From contig JACPRU010000033.1 in NCBI GenBank assembly GCA_016189835.1, positions 8,253 to 72,252 of the forward strand: a stretch of 64,000 nucleotides of DNA, read 5' to 3'. The position numbers and the translations under genes were made by a program. Each line of letters opens with the position of its first letter. The stretch's first letter is position 1. This document shows positions 27,777 to 37,407 of this stretch, one piece after another. The notes under the pieces were generated by a model that saw only the letters and a list, made by a program, of their open reading frames with translations, searched no databases and was not told the DNA's origin. The stretch comes from Deltaproteobacteria bacterium. GTDB lineage: Bacteria; Desulfobacterota; Binatia; JACPRU01.

Positions 27777-27849
27777 GAAAAGGGGTCGGGAGTGTTTTTT
27801 GCGAAGCACCCTTCGGGTCGTTCCGGAAAAAGACTCCCGACCCCTTTTC
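27777..27849. terminator. Bidirectional intrinsic terminator between convergent genes
   Basis: The structure is gAAAA-GGGGTCGGGAGT ... ACTCCCGACCCC-TTTTc. A 12-bp GC stem is flanked by A- and T-tracts, with a nested imperfect hairpin (gaagcaccc ttc gggtcgttc) in the loop. Confidence 0.7.
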
Positions 27850-27861
27850 CCGCGCCGGCCG

Positions 27862-28227
27862 CTAGTTTCCCCCGTAGCGATCGTCGGCCTGCTTGATGAG
27901 GTGCTCGAGCAGCCGCTGCTCGACCGCGCGGTAGGCGATCTGCCGCATCATCTCCTGCCCCTGGTGGGCGAGCGGGATCGAGGCCAGCAGGCCGACCACC
28001 TCGGTCGGAGAGATGCGGTCGATGGCGCCTTCCATGTTGCGCAGAATCTCGTCGGGAACCTCGTCGATCCTCACCTGGTCCACCGCCTCGAGCAACGCGG
28101 CGAAGCGCTCCTCGAACTGCTTCTTGGCCTGCTCCTTGTCCTGCTCGGTGCACGAGACGCGCAGCTTGTGGGCGGCTCGGTCGAACAGCCGATCGAAGGC
28201 CTGCAGCATCGCTTCTCGTCCGGTCAT
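27862..28227 (-). CDS. Hypothetical helical protein
   Basis: 121 aa with normal composition and a clean ATG. It is bounded by the terminator. No family recognised. Confidence 0.55.
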   Translation of the reverse strand: MTGREAMLQAFDRLFDRAAHKLRVSCTEQDKEQAKKQFEERFAALLEAVDQVRIDEVPDEILRNMEGAIDRISPTEVVGLLASIPLAHQGQEMMRQIAYRAVEQRLLEHLIKQADDRYGGN

Positions 28228-28370
28228 GAGCCCTCCTCGAGTCCCGGCACGTGTCGCCGCGACGGAAGACCATTATGAGGCCGCTCCCGGAATCGGCAAG
28301 CACCCGGCGAGCGGCGGTCGGCGCAGGAACCGGTGCCGGCGGCCGCCCGACGCCGATCGACCTGGCGTTG

Positions 28371-29426
28371 TCATCGCCGGGCAGAAGCCGCGCCGGCCGC
28401 GCTCTCGAGCTCGAGGAGCCGGTCGGCGAGAGCCGCGGCGATCCGCCGGTAGCCGGCGTCGTTGGGGTGGATCGGGTCGTAATCGGGATCGCCGAACAGC
28501 GCCCGGCCGCCGGAGCGCTCGAAGTCGGCGGCGCCGTCGACGAGCGGCAGGCGCTCGCGCTCGGTGACCTCGACGACGATGCGATTGTAGGTACGCCTGA
28601 GCTGCGCGGCGCTGTCGCCCCGCGCCACGAAGCCTTGTCGCACCAGCCACTGCGGCGTGCGGTCGCCGTCGAATCCGGAAGGCGCGGTCAGATAGACGGG
28701 CTCGAATCCGCGCTCGCGCCCGAGGCGCGCGAAGCGCGCGAGCACGGCGCGGTACTGCTCCGGCGGCACCTGCAGCGACGACCTGCCGAAGGAGCTCTCG
28801 ACATAGGTCAGGCCGCGCGAGGCGGCCTCCCAGAGATAGCTCCGCAAGCGCGGCGCGGCCTCGCCCGCCACCCGGCGCTTGAACCAGGCGCGCACCGCCG
28901 AGTCCTTCTCCCGCCACATGTCGTTCCAGCCGAAGTACAGCGTGACCACGTCGGGCCGCAGCGGGGAGAGCTCGCGCTCGAACCATTCGAGGCCGTGCAG
29001 CGAGGTGTAGCCGATCACCCCGCCGTTCAGCACTTCGAATCGTCCCGGCGCGCGGGCGTCGAGGATCTGCTGCAGGATCTCCGGATAGGGATGGGCCGCT
29101 CCGAACGTGCAGGAGTCGCCGAGGCAGAGCACGCGCCGCACGCCGGGCGGCTTGGCGACCGCGACCTCCGGGCCGCGCAGGCCGAGCGAGTTGATGCGCA
29201 CGCCGGTATCGGGGAAGGACGCGCCGCGCCGGTTGCGGAACGTGAGCACCGGATCGTACTCGAGAAAACGGCCGACGACGTTGCCGCTGAAGTGGCCGTA
29301 GCGCACCTCGTACTTGACGCGCTCGAAGGGCACGAGGCGGAAGAAGGCCTCCCCGGCCACCAGACCGAGGCCCGTGCCCAGAGCTACGAGCGCTAGGCGG
29401 GCCGCCCACCCGGCGCGGGCGGGCAC
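28371..29426 (-). CDS. SGNH/GDSL-family hydrolase with N-terminal signal or anchor
   Basis: 351 aa. Block I is VLCLGDSCTFG, block III is YFGWNDMW, and the C-terminal DPIHPN carries the catalytic D-x-x-H. Confidence 0.8.
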   Translation of the reverse strand: MPARAGWAARLALVALGTGLGLVAGEAFFRLVPFERVKYEVRYGHFSGNVVGRFLEYDPVLTFRNRRGASFPDTGVRINSLGLRGPEVAVAKPPGVRRVLCLGDSCTFGAAHPYPEILQQILDARAPGRFEVLNGGVIGYTSLHGLEWFERELSPLRPDVVTLYFGWNDMWREKDSAVRAWFKRRVAGEAAPRLRSYLWEAASRGLTYVESSFGRSSLQVPPEQYRAVLARFARLGRERGFEPVYLTAPSGFDGDRTPQWLVRQGFVARGDSAAQLRRTYNRIVVEVTERERLPLVDGAADFERSGGRALFGDPDYDPIHPNDAGYRRIAAALADRLLELESAAGAASARR

Positions 29427-29473
29427 GGGTCGGGCGCCGCGGCCGGCCTCGAGCGCGGCGCGATCGGTCGCGC

Positions 29474-29842
29474 TCAGTACCCGAGCCTCTCGATCTCGTC
29501 GTCGTCGAGGCCGAGGAAGTGGGCGACCTCGTGAACGATGGTGCGGCGGATCTCCTCGCGGATCTCCGCGGGGCTGCGGAAGTGCTCGATCATCGGCCGG
29601 TAGAAGAGCGTGATGCGATCCGGAAGCTGCATGCCGAAGTCGTGCGGGCGCTCGTCGAGCGGCGAGCCCTCGTAGAGGCCGAACAGGGTGTCGAGACGCG
29701 GATCGAGACCGGTGCCGGCGATCTGCTCGTCGCTCGGCTCCTCCTCGATCGTCACCGTCACATTCTCCAGGCGCACGCGCACGGCGCCCGGCAAGGTATC
29801 GAGCGCCTCGGCGACCAGGCGCCGGAATTTCCGCCGGTCCAT
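29474..29842 (-). CDS. Zinc metallopeptidase-like protein (DUF1025/zincin family)
   Basis: 122 aa from the internal ATG. It has an HEVAHF zinc-binding motif near the C-terminus. Confidence 0.7.
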   Translation of the reverse strand: MDRRKFRRLVAEALDTLPGAVRVRLENVTVTIEEEPSDEQIAGTGLDPRLDTLFGLYEGSPLDERPHDFGMQLPDRITLFYRPMIEHFRSPAEIREEIRRTIVHEVAHFLGLDDDEIERLGY

Positions 29843-29942
29843 ACGCCCATTCCTGCCTTTGCGCCGCGCACTGTCAAGCGCGGCCTGCCGGGCGTTGAGT
29901 CGACGGCCGCGGTCCTCTACGGTCGCTGCCGGAGGCTCGAAG

Positions 29943-30314
29943 ATGACGGCAGAGCAGGTAACCGCGCTGGCCCGCCACTGGATCGACTCCTGGAACGAGC
30001 GCGACCTCGAGGCCGTGCTCGGGCATTTCGACGACGCGGCGCGCTTCACCAGCCCCAAGGCCGTGCCGGTGATGGGGCGCGCGACCGTGGAGGGCAAGGA
30101 GGAGCTGCGGCGCTACTGGCAAGGACGGCTCGCCCTCATCCGGCATCTACGCTGCACGCTCGACCGCGTGCTCTGGGATGGCGCGGAGCGTGCGCTGACG
30201 ATCGTCTACGTCGCCGAGATCGACGACCGGAAGACCCGCGCCTGCGAGTTTCTGCGCCTCGGCGATTCGGGGCTCGCGGTCGAAGGCGAGGCGATGTACG
30301 GGGCGGCAGCCTGA
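29943..30314 (+). CDS. SnoaL/NTF2-like fold protein
   Basis: 123 aa. The N-terminal WIDSWNERDLEAVLGHFDDAARFTSP pattern is typical of SnoaL-like domains. Confidence 0.65.
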   Translation: MTAEQVTALARHWIDSWNERDLEAVLGHFDDAARFTSPKAVPVMGRATVEGKEELRRYWQGRLALIRHLRCTLDRVLWDGAERALTIVYVAEIDDRKTRACEFLRLGDSGLAVEGEAMYGAAA

Positions 30315-30396
30315 CCGAGGGCGGGCCCGTCACGGCATGCGGCGCCGCGCGCCAGACGCTGCGCCGCGTGCCGGACGACGAAGTCGGACGCAGAGG

Positions 30397-31140
30397 TCAC
30401 GACTTGGCGCCGTCGAGCGTGTGAAACGGCTTCTTGTCCCGCCGCTCGCGGCGTAACAGCACGTACATCGCTCCGCTCCCCCCGTCGTAGGGTCGCGCCG
30501 AGGAGAAGGCCAGCACTCGCCGGCCGAGCTCGCCTCGGGTCAGCCATCGCTTCAAGCCGTCCTTCAAGACCGGGCGCTGGTCGGGCGAGTTGCGGCCGCG
30601 GCCGTGGACCACCAGCACGCAGCGGTGGCCGGCGGTCATCGCGCGCCGCACGAACGCGGTGACCTCCTGCTTGGCCTCGTCGGCGGTGAGACCGTGGAGA
30701 TCGACGTGCGCCTGGTAGGCGAGCTCTCCGGCACGCAGGCGGCGCAGGACGCGCGGGTCGAGCCCGACCACCATGCCCTCGACGTGCTCGTCGGTGTCGC
30801 TGACGTCGAACGCGGCGATGCCGTTGACGAGATCGCTGAGCTCGGCGAGCGCGGCCTCCTCTTCGCTGCGCGCGAAGCGCGCGCCGCGCGGAGCCGGCGC
30901 GGCGCGGCCCGCGCGGTCGTCGCGAGGCAGCGGAACGATGCCGCGCACCGCGTCGCGGAAGAGCGCGGTCTCGTCTTCGATGGGAGGCGCCGGGGCGGAG
31001 GAGCGAGGTGCCGGCGCGACTCGCGGGCGCGACGGCGGGGCGCTCGGCAGCGGCCCGAGCCGCTTGGCGAGGTCGCGAAACGGGTTGTTGAATCCGGAGG
31101 CCCGCCGGGCATCGTCGTCCGGCCGGTCGCGGCGCGACAT
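30397..31140 (-). CDS. Smr (MutS2-related) domain protein
   Basis: 247 aa. Disordered N-terminal half, then a C-terminal Smr domain VDLHGLTADEAKQEVTAFV...VVHGRGRNS...LKDGLKRWL. Confidence 0.8.
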   Translation of the reverse strand: MSRRDRPDDDARRASGFNNPFRDLAKRLGPLPSAPPSRPRVAPAPRSSAPAPPIEDETALFRDAVRGIVPLPRDDRAGRAAPAPRGARFARSEEEAALAELSDLVNGIAAFDVSDTDEHVEGMVVGLDPRVLRRLRAGELAYQAHVDLHGLTADEAKQEVTAFVRRAMTAGHRCVLVVHGRGRNSPDQRPVLKDGLKRWLTRGELGRRVLAFSSARPYDGGSGAMYVLLRRERRDKKPFHTLDGAKS

Positions 31141-31205
31141 GACGTCATGCTACGAGCCGCCGCGCAAAAGACAAGCGCGTCGGCATCGGCTACTCTCGGC
31201 CTGCC

Positions 31206-31808
31206 GTGTACGAGCGAAAGGACGCATTCTACCGGGAGGCCAAGGCGAGAGGCCTGCGCTCGCGCGCGGCCTTCAAGCTCGAGGACCTCGACCGGCGCGT
31301 GCTGCGGCCCGGGGATCGCGTCGTCGACCTCGGCTGCTGGCCGGGAGGATGGCTGCAGGTGGCGGCCCGGCGGGTGGGCGACCGGGGTCGCGTGGTCGGC
31401 GTCGACCTGCGGCGGCTCGACCCGCTCGGTCTCGCGGCGGTTCGCGTGATTCAGGGAGACGTCGCCGACCCAGCGACGCTCGCGCGCGTCGCCGAGGCGC
31501 TCGAAGGGCCGGCGGACGTGGTGCTCTCCGACCTGTCGCCGCAGCTCTCCGGGATCCGCGAGCGCGACGAAGCGCGAGCGACCGAGCTGGTGCGGCTGGC
31601 TCTGTCGTTCGTCGGCCGGCTGCTCCGGCCGGGCGGCAGCCTGGTGTGCAAGATCTTCATGAACGCGGACTACCCGGCGCTGCTTGCCGAAACGCGAAGC
31701 CGCTTCGGCGAAGTCACCACGGCGCGTTCTCAGGCGACGCGCAAGGGCTCGGCGGAGCTCTACCTGATCGCCCGCGGTTTGCGCGCCGCGCCGCTCAACT
31801 CGTCTTGA
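31206..31808 (+). CDS. rlmE: 23S rRNA 2'-O-ribose methyltransferase RlmE (FtsJ)
   Basis: 200 aa. RSRAAFKLEDLD and the SAM motif VVDLGCWPGGW, then VLSDLSP and KIF. GTG start. Confidence 0.85.
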   Translation: MYERKDAFYREAKARGLRSRAAFKLEDLDRRVLRPGDRVVDLGCWPGGWLQVAARRVGDRGRVVGVDLRRLDPLGLAAVRVIQGDVADPATLARVAEALEGPADVVLSDLSPQLSGIRERDEARATELVRLALSFVGRLLRPGGSLVCKIFMNADYPALLAETRSRFGEVTTARSQATRKGSAELYLIARGLRAAPLNSS

Positions 31809-32127
31809 GCTGTTGCTTCCACTCGAGGACGCGCGCCTGGTTCGCCGCCGCCTCGGCCTCGGCGATCCGACCGCTGCGCTGATAGAGCATCGACAGGCTG
31901 GTGTAGCCGAGCGGATCGTCGGGCGCGGCCGCGGTGATGCGCTTGGCGGCTTCGACCGCGGCGTCCAGCTCGCCCTTCTCGGCGTGGGCCATCGCCAGCC
32001 CGTGCATCGCGTCGATCAAGCCGCCGTCGAGATCCAGCGCCTGCCGGTAGGCGGCGATCGCCTCGTCGTAGGCACCCTCGGCAAAGAGGTCCACGCCTCG
32101 GTCGCAAAGCTCTTCGGCAGTCGCCAT
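31795..32127 (-). CDS. TPR-repeat protein
   Basis: 110 aa with three TPR-like units (YDEAIAAYRQALDLD, LDAAVEAAKRITAAAPDD, IAEAEAAANQARVLE). Confidence 0.7.
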   Translation of the reverse strand: MATAEELCDRGVDLFAEGAYDEAIAAYRQALDLDGGLIDAMHGLAMAHAEKGELDAAVEAAKRITAAAPDDPLGYTSLSMLYQRSGRIAEAEAAANQARVLEWKQQLKTS

Positions 32128-32348
32128 CGTCGCCGCCTACGCGTCTACGCGACCGGCCCTTGCGCCGCAAGCCGCCCATGGGCTAGGGACGTCCCTCTCG
32201 GGCCGGGCCGGGGGGGGGTATGCCCAACTTGGAACAGTCCGCGCAGCTTTTCGTACACCGGAGCGCCGCCAAGCTCTGGATAACCACAGCAATGTCGGCG
32301 ACGACCAAGGTCTCGCCGCGGGCCCGGGAATTGCTCCGGGAGAGCCCG

Positions 32349-33056
32349 ATGGCATCTCGGCGCGTGCTCGTGGCGGCGGTCGTGGCGGGGTTGCTGGCCG
32401 CCGCGGCCGCGCCGGCCGAGATCCTGGTCCTGAAGAACGGCGGCGGCGACCTGTTGATCACCAACCGCGGCGAGCGCTCGGGCTACAAGGTCATCTCTCG
32501 CCACCGCGAGTTCTTCGGCAGCTCGGGGATGGGGCTCGGCGGCGCGCTCGGCGGCGACCCCGCGAAATACGAGCAAACCGTGCGGCGCCTGGCGCTGCAG
32601 TATTCGCTCGAGGCTTCGCTGGTCAAGGCGGTGATCCGAGCGGAATCGAACTTCGACCCGATGGCGATCTCGCCGAAGGGAGCGATGGGCCTCATGCAGC
32701 TGATGCCGGACACGGCACGCATGCACGAGGTGCGCAATGCCTTCGACCCGTCCGAAAACATTCACGGCGGCATCCGTCACCTGCGTTACCTCATGGATCG
32801 CTACGGCGGAAACCTCGACCTGGTGCTCGCCGCGTACAATGCCGGCACCAAGCCGGTCGACCTGGCGCGCGGGATCCCCCGCATTCCCGAGACCCAGGAG
32901 TACGTCCGCCGCGTTCGTCTGTTCCACGCCGTCTATCGCAACGACCGGGCTACGGTCGCCGCGGGCGCGCCGCTGATCGCACGCGCCGGGTTGGCGGCCC
33001 AGACGATCGCGCAGGCGTATCGCGTGTCGGTCGTGGCGCGCGAGCGCGCCGACTAA
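32349..33056 (+). CDS. Lytic transglycosylase (SLT domain), secreted
   Basis: The signal peptide MASRRVLVAAVVAGLLAAAAAPA begins at ATG 32349. SLT motifs are AVIRAESNFDP, GAMGLMQLMP and AAYNAG. The upstream alternative start at 32220 is less likely. Confidence 0.8.
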   Translation: MASRRVLVAAVVAGLLAAAAAPAEILVLKNGGGDLLITNRGERSGYKVISRHREFFGSSGMGLGGALGGDPAKYEQTVRRLALQYSLEASLVKAVIRAESNFDPMAISPKGAMGLMQLMPDTARMHEVRNAFDPSENIHGGIRHLRYLMDRYGGNLDLVLAAYNAGTKPVDLARGIPRIPETQEYVRRVRLFHAVYRNDRATVAAGAPLIARAGLAAQTIAQAYRVSVVARERAD

Positions 33057-33189
33057 CCCGTCTCACCCCTCGGGCCGAGAGGCTCCCCTCGGTGGTGCGT
33101 TCCGCAGGGCCCGTCGCGCGCCGCGGGCCGGCGCCACCCACGGCGCGGAAGCGCGTGAGCGCGCGGCAACGCCTCGACGACGATCGCTG

Positions 33190-34266
33190 CTAGACCAGCC
33201 CTTGCTGGTAGAGGTACTCGGCGACCAGCACGGCACCCTTGGCGGCGCCCATCTTGGTGTTGTGGGAGACCAGCACGAACTTGATGCCGTTGTCGAGCAC
33301 GGGGTCGGGACGGATGCGGCCGACGGAGGTGGCCATGCCGCCCTCGGCGTCGCGGTCGATGCGCGGCTGCGGCCGGAACGGATCGTCGTGAACGATGATC
33401 CAGCGACGCGGCGCGGACGGCAGGCCGCTGCCGCCGTCGAAGGCGCGCAGCGCGGCGACGATCTGCTCCGGGCTCGCCGGCTGCTCGGTCGAGACCGACA
33501 CCGACTCGGTGTGGCCCTCCAGAACCGAGGCGCGCGTGCAGGTGGCGCTGACCAGGAAATCCGCGTCGCGCAGCCCGCCCTCGCCGAGTGAGGCGAAGAT
33601 CTTCCTGGTCTCGCGGGCGACCTTCTCCTCTTCCTTGGGGATGAACGGCACGATGTTGTCGACGACGTCGAGCGCGACGACGCCGGGCGAGCGGCCGGCT
33701 CCCGACACGCTCTGCATCGAGGTGAGCAGGACCTTGCTCACGCCGAACGCGTCGTGAATGGGCTTCAGCGCGATGGCCAGTCCGGTCGTCGTGCAATTGG
33801 GGATCGGCGTGAGGTATCCTTGCCAGCCGCGCCGCTGGCGCTGCAGCGGCAGCAGGCGGGCGTGGTCCCAGTTGACGCCCGGCACGAGGATCGGCACGTC
33901 GTCCTCGTAGCGGAACGCCGAGGCGGTGCTGACCACGGGCTTCGATCGCGCCAGGCGGGGTTCGATCTCCCGGGCGACGTCGGCCTCGACCGCCGAGAAC
34001 ACCAGATCGACGCCGTCGGCGGAGAAATCGCGGCTGTGCTCCACCTCCAGAGCGAGCACCGCGGCGGGCGGCTCAACGTCGCACCACCAGCGCCGTGCTC
34101 CCGTCCTGGGGTCGCACAGCGCGTCGCCGTAGCTCTTCCCGGCCGAGCGCTCCGAGCCGACCAGCCGCGCGAGCTCGAACCACGGGTGCTCGGCGAGCGC
34201 GGCGACGAACTGCTGGCCGGCGATGCCGGTGGCGCCGACCAGCGCGATCTTCTTCTTGGCGGCCAT
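33190..34266 (-). CDS. asd: Aspartate-semialdehyde dehydrogenase
   Basis: 358 aa from MAAKKKIALVGATGIAGQQF (Rossmann motif). The active-site region is IPNCTTTGL. The N-terminal 254 aa of ORF 33190..35028 overlap the next gene and are rejected. Confidence 0.85.
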   Translation of the reverse strand: MAAKKKIALVGATGIAGQQFVAALAEHPWFELARLVGSERSAGKSYGDALCDPRTGARRWWCDVEPPAAVLALEVEHSRDFSADGVDLVFSAVEADVAREIEPRLARSKPVVSTASAFRYEDDVPILVPGVNWDHARLLPLQRQRRGWQGYLTPIPNCTTTGLAIALKPIHDAFGVSKVLLTSMQSVSGAGRSPGVVALDVVDNIVPFIPKEEEKVARETRKIFASLGEGGLRDADFLVSATCTRASVLEGHTESVSVSTEQPASPEQIVAALRAFDGGSGLPSAPRRWIIVHDDPFRPQPRIDRDAEGGMATSVGRIRPDPVLDNGIKFVLVSHNTKMGAAKGAVLVAEYLYQQGLV

Positions 34267-34301
34267 CTGGCGGCTCACTGTAAAGCGGTCGAGCGGGCCG
34301 C

Positions 34302-35327
34302 TCAAGAGCGCGGCCGCGGGCCGTCCCGCCCCTGCTGCGCCTCGGCGGGCCCGGGGTCCGGGTGACGAAGCAGCGGCCGGCCCTGTGAGACCGCGGTCGG
34401 CATGCCGGCCCGGCTCTGCAACGCCTCGGCGAGGCGCCCCCGGTCCACCAAGCTCTCCCAGCCCTTGCGGCGCAGTATCGACCGCGCCGCCTCCAGGTAG
34501 TCGAGGCCGGTGGAATAGATGTCCTGGTGTGCCTCCACGTAGATCTCGCCGTCGCGCGCACCGATCTTCACCGGCTGGTAGAGGATCTCGCCGGGGGAGC
34601 CGACCGGGACGATCGCGAACAGGCGCTCGATGTCCTCCGGATAGAGTCGGATGCAGCCGTGGCTGACCTCCATACCGACGCCCCACGGGATATTGGTGCC
34701 GTGGATGCCGTAGAGCGGCAGCGAAAGACGCATACGATAGTGCCCGAGCGGGTTGGCAGGATCCCCGCCGGGGATGACCTTGCGCGGGTCGCCGCGCTCG
34801 CGCAGGTGCTCGTCGCGGATGCTGTCGGGGATCACCCAGGTGGGATCGACGGTCTTCTCGGTGACCCGGAATTTCCCGGTCGGCGTCCGCCAGTCGTCGC
34901 GGCCGAGCCCCACGGGATACGTGATGACGGTGCGCGGGCCGCGCGGTGCGCTGGACGGAAAGTAGTAGAGCCGCATCTCCGGGATGTTCACCACCACTCC
35001 CTGGGCGTCGCTCTCCGGCAGCACCCACCAGGTGGGGAACGGCACGCTCTCGCCCTCGGGGGGAATCCAGCGGTCGAGATCGGGATAGGCGTCGGTGACC
35101 TCGTTGATGCCGAGGCCGAGATGGCGCGCCACGTCATAGAGCGTGTCGCCCTTGGCGAACGTGTAGCCCTTCGGGTTGCCGACCACCGTGCTGGGGTCGG
35201 CGGCGTCGAGCTCGAACAGGTAAGCGACGACCGGGCGGGGGGGAAAGTCCGACTCCTGCCAGGCGAAGGCGTTGCCGCTCGCCATCGCGAGCAGGAGCAG
35301 GAGCGGGAATGGATTCCGATGGTGCAT
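34302..35327 (-). CDS. L,D-transpeptidase (YkuD) with a LysM domain
   Basis: 341 aa from MHHRNPFPLLLLLAMASGNAFA (signal). LysM segment YTFAKGDTLYDVARHLGLGINEV. YkuD catalytic motif HGTN...SHGCIRL. Confidence 0.85.
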   Translation of the reverse strand: MHHRNPFPLLLLLAMASGNAFAWQESDFPPRPVVAYLFELDAADPSTVVGNPKGYTFAKGDTLYDVARHLGLGINEVTDAYPDLDRWIPPEGESVPFPTWWVLPESDAQGVVVNIPEMRLYYFPSSAPRGPRTVITYPVGLGRDDWRTPTGKFRVTEKTVDPTWVIPDSIRDEHLRERGDPRKVIPGGDPANPLGHYRMRLSLPLYGIHGTNIPWGVGMEVSHGCIRLYPEDIERLFAIVPVGSPGEILYQPVKIGARDGEIYVEAHQDIYSTGLDYLEAARSILRRKGWESLVDRGRLAEALQSRAGMPTAVSQGRPLLRHPDPGPAEAQQGRDGPRPRS

Positions 35328-35445
35328 TTCTCGGCCGGCGCGAAATCCCGTGACGCTGCCGGCCACTCCACTGGAACACAAGCGACCTGCTAAGAAAACC
35401 GTCGCGAAGAAAACTATTTGTGATTCGAGGCGGGAGCGCTTTAAG

Positions 35446-36351
35446 ATGCGAGTCGCCGCGACCGCAAGGGCCGGCGTCGCGGGCCACTCGAGACCCGGAG
35501 TGCCGGCGGCCGACGGCGGGAAGACGAAGGCGACGATGGAGGCAGAGCCAGCGCAGGTCCGGCTGATCGCGGCGGGATCGCTCACCCGGGGGCGCCGCAC
35601 GCTGGTCACGGCGTTGCCGCTCGACCACATCCGGCCGAATCCCGACCAGCCGCGCCGTCACTTCGACGAGCAGAGCCTGACGGAGCTCTGCGAGTCGATC
35701 CGTGAGCGCGGCTTGCTGCAGCCGGTGATCGTCAGGCGCGAGCCCGACGGCGGCTACCTGCTGCTCGCCGGCGAGCGGCGCTACCGCGCCTCGCGGATGG
35801 CCGGGCTGACGGCGATTCCCGCTTTGGTGCGCGACGACCATCCGCTGGAGATCGCCATGATCGAGAACCTGCAGCGCGAAGACCTGACGCCTCTCGAAGA
35901 GGCGCGGGGCATCGCCGGGCTCATCGAGGCGCAAGGCTACACGCACGCCGAAGTGGCCGACCTGCTGCACAAGAGCCGCCCGCACGTCAGCAACACGCTG
36001 GCTCTGACTCGTCTGCCGAAGGCCGTCCAGGACGAGTACAATGCCGAGCCGACGGTCTCGCGGGACATCCTGATCAGCGTCGCGCGGCAGAAAGACGAGC
36101 AGGCGATGCTCGCGCTGTGGCGGCGGGCGAAGCTCGAGCGGCTGTCGGTGAAGAGCTTTCGCGAGGAGCTGGCGCCGAGGACCGACGGCGATCCCGCGGT
36201 TCGGCGGGCGATCAATTCGGCGCGGCGGCTCGGCCGGCGGCTGGCGGCGCTGCCCGAGCAGCTTCCCGAAGAGGCCCGCGGCCGCCTGCAGCGAACGCTG
36301 CGCCGCCTGCGGCGCAAGATCGAGCGCTTCCTCGGTGAACGCAGCGCTTGA
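35446..36351 (+). CDS. ParB/Spo0J-family protein (orphan, no adjacent parA)
   Basis: ParB box IRPNPDQPRRHF, CTP-binding box LLAGERRYRASRMAG, and HTH THAEVADLLHKSRPHVSNTLAL. The start is ATG 35446 or 35536. Confidence 0.8.
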   Translation: MRVAATARAGVAGHSRPGVPAADGGKTKATMEAEPAQVRLIAAGSLTRGRRTLVTALPLDHIRPNPDQPRRHFDEQSLTELCESIRERGLLQPVIVRREPDGGYLLLAGERRYRASRMAGLTAIPALVRDDHPLEIAMIENLQREDLTPLEEARGIAGLIEAQGYTHAEVADLLHKSRPHVSNTLALTRLPKAVQDEYNAEPTVSRDILISVARQKDEQAMLALWRRAKLERLSVKSFREELAPRTDGDPAVRRAINSARRLGRRLAALPEQLPEEARGRLQRTLRRLRRKIERFLGERSA

Positions 36352-36485
36352 TCCGCGCGCCGGGACCGGCCGGGAAACCCTCGTTGCCTCCCCGCGGCGA
36401 AGCAGGTAAGCAGCGAGTCAGGCGTTGCGCCGACGCCGAGGGACGGATGCCGAAGGAGCTCACGAGCCGGCAGCGGATCGTCTCG

Positions 36486-37331
36486 ATGCGGGTATCTTTA
36501 TGGACCGTGCTGCTGCTCGCGGCGCTCGGAGCGCCGCCGGCGTGGCCGGGCTTCCGGCTCGTCGACAGCGAAGGCCAGGAGACGCTGGTCTCGAAGGGGA
36601 GGGTGAAGGAGCTCTCCGGGAACGGCGACGGGCCGCAGGCGGTCTTCGATCTGGGCGCCGCTCGGGCGTGGATGTCGAATCCGCGGCGGAGCGTCTACTG
36701 GGAAGGCACGATCGACGAGCTGTGCGCGACGATCCGCGATGCCGCGCAGTCGCTGGCCAAGGCGATGGAGCAGCAGGTCGAGGCGCAGCTCTCGAAGCTG
36801 AGACCCGACCAGCGAGCGCAGGTCGAAGGGTTGCGCCGGGCTCTGGCGGAGAAGCGCGCCGCGGGTGAGCGCGAGGCGGCGGCCAAGCCGGCGCTCATCA
36901 AGGTGGAGCGCACCGACGAGACCGCGACGATCGCCGGCCAGCCGACCCGCAAGTATCGCGTCCTCGTCGACGGCGAGCTGTATCAGGAAGACTGGCTCAG
37001 CACCGACCCGGCGCTCGGCAAGGAGTTCGCGCTCGACAAGGCCTCGGCGCTGATGAGCCGCGTCTCGTCCTGCGCGGGATCCGGCGACCCGATGCCGGAC
37101 CGGGCGAAGGGGGTCGACGAGGGAGAGGTCTACCGCGAGCTCTACGCGCACGGTTGGCCGCTGAAGGCGGTCTCCCGCGCGGGGGGCAAGGTGGCTCCCA
37201 AGAGCGAGATCCGCGCGATCGAAAAGCGCGACATCCCCGACCAGGAGTTCCGGCCGCCGCCGGGCTATCGCCGGGCGTCGCTCGCCGAGGTGATGTTCTC
37301 CGCTGCGGGCGGCGGTCCCCCCGGGAATTGA
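36486..37331 (+). CDS. Secreted hypothetical protein
   Basis: Signal MRVSLWTVLLLAALGAPPAWPG from ATG 36486 (alternative 36447). Normal composition. No family recognised with confidence. Confidence 0.55.
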   Translation: MRVSLWTVLLLAALGAPPAWPGFRLVDSEGQETLVSKGRVKELSGNGDGPQAVFDLGAARAWMSNPRRSVYWEGTIDELCATIRDAAQSLAKAMEQQVEAQLSKLRPDQRAQVEGLRRALAEKRAAGEREAAAKPALIKVERTDETATIAGQPTRKYRVLVDGELYQEDWLSTDPALGKEFALDKASALMSRVSSCAGSGDPMPDRAKGVDEGEVYRELYAHGWPLKAVSRAGGKVAPKSEIRAIEKRDIPDQEFRPPPGYRRASLAEVMFSAAGGGPPGN

Positions 37332-37407
37332 CCGCGGCGCCAGGGCCCCTGCGGGCGGGCGAGGGGCCCTGGTTGGGCAACGACCCAAGTTCGGATATTG
37401 ATGCGGG

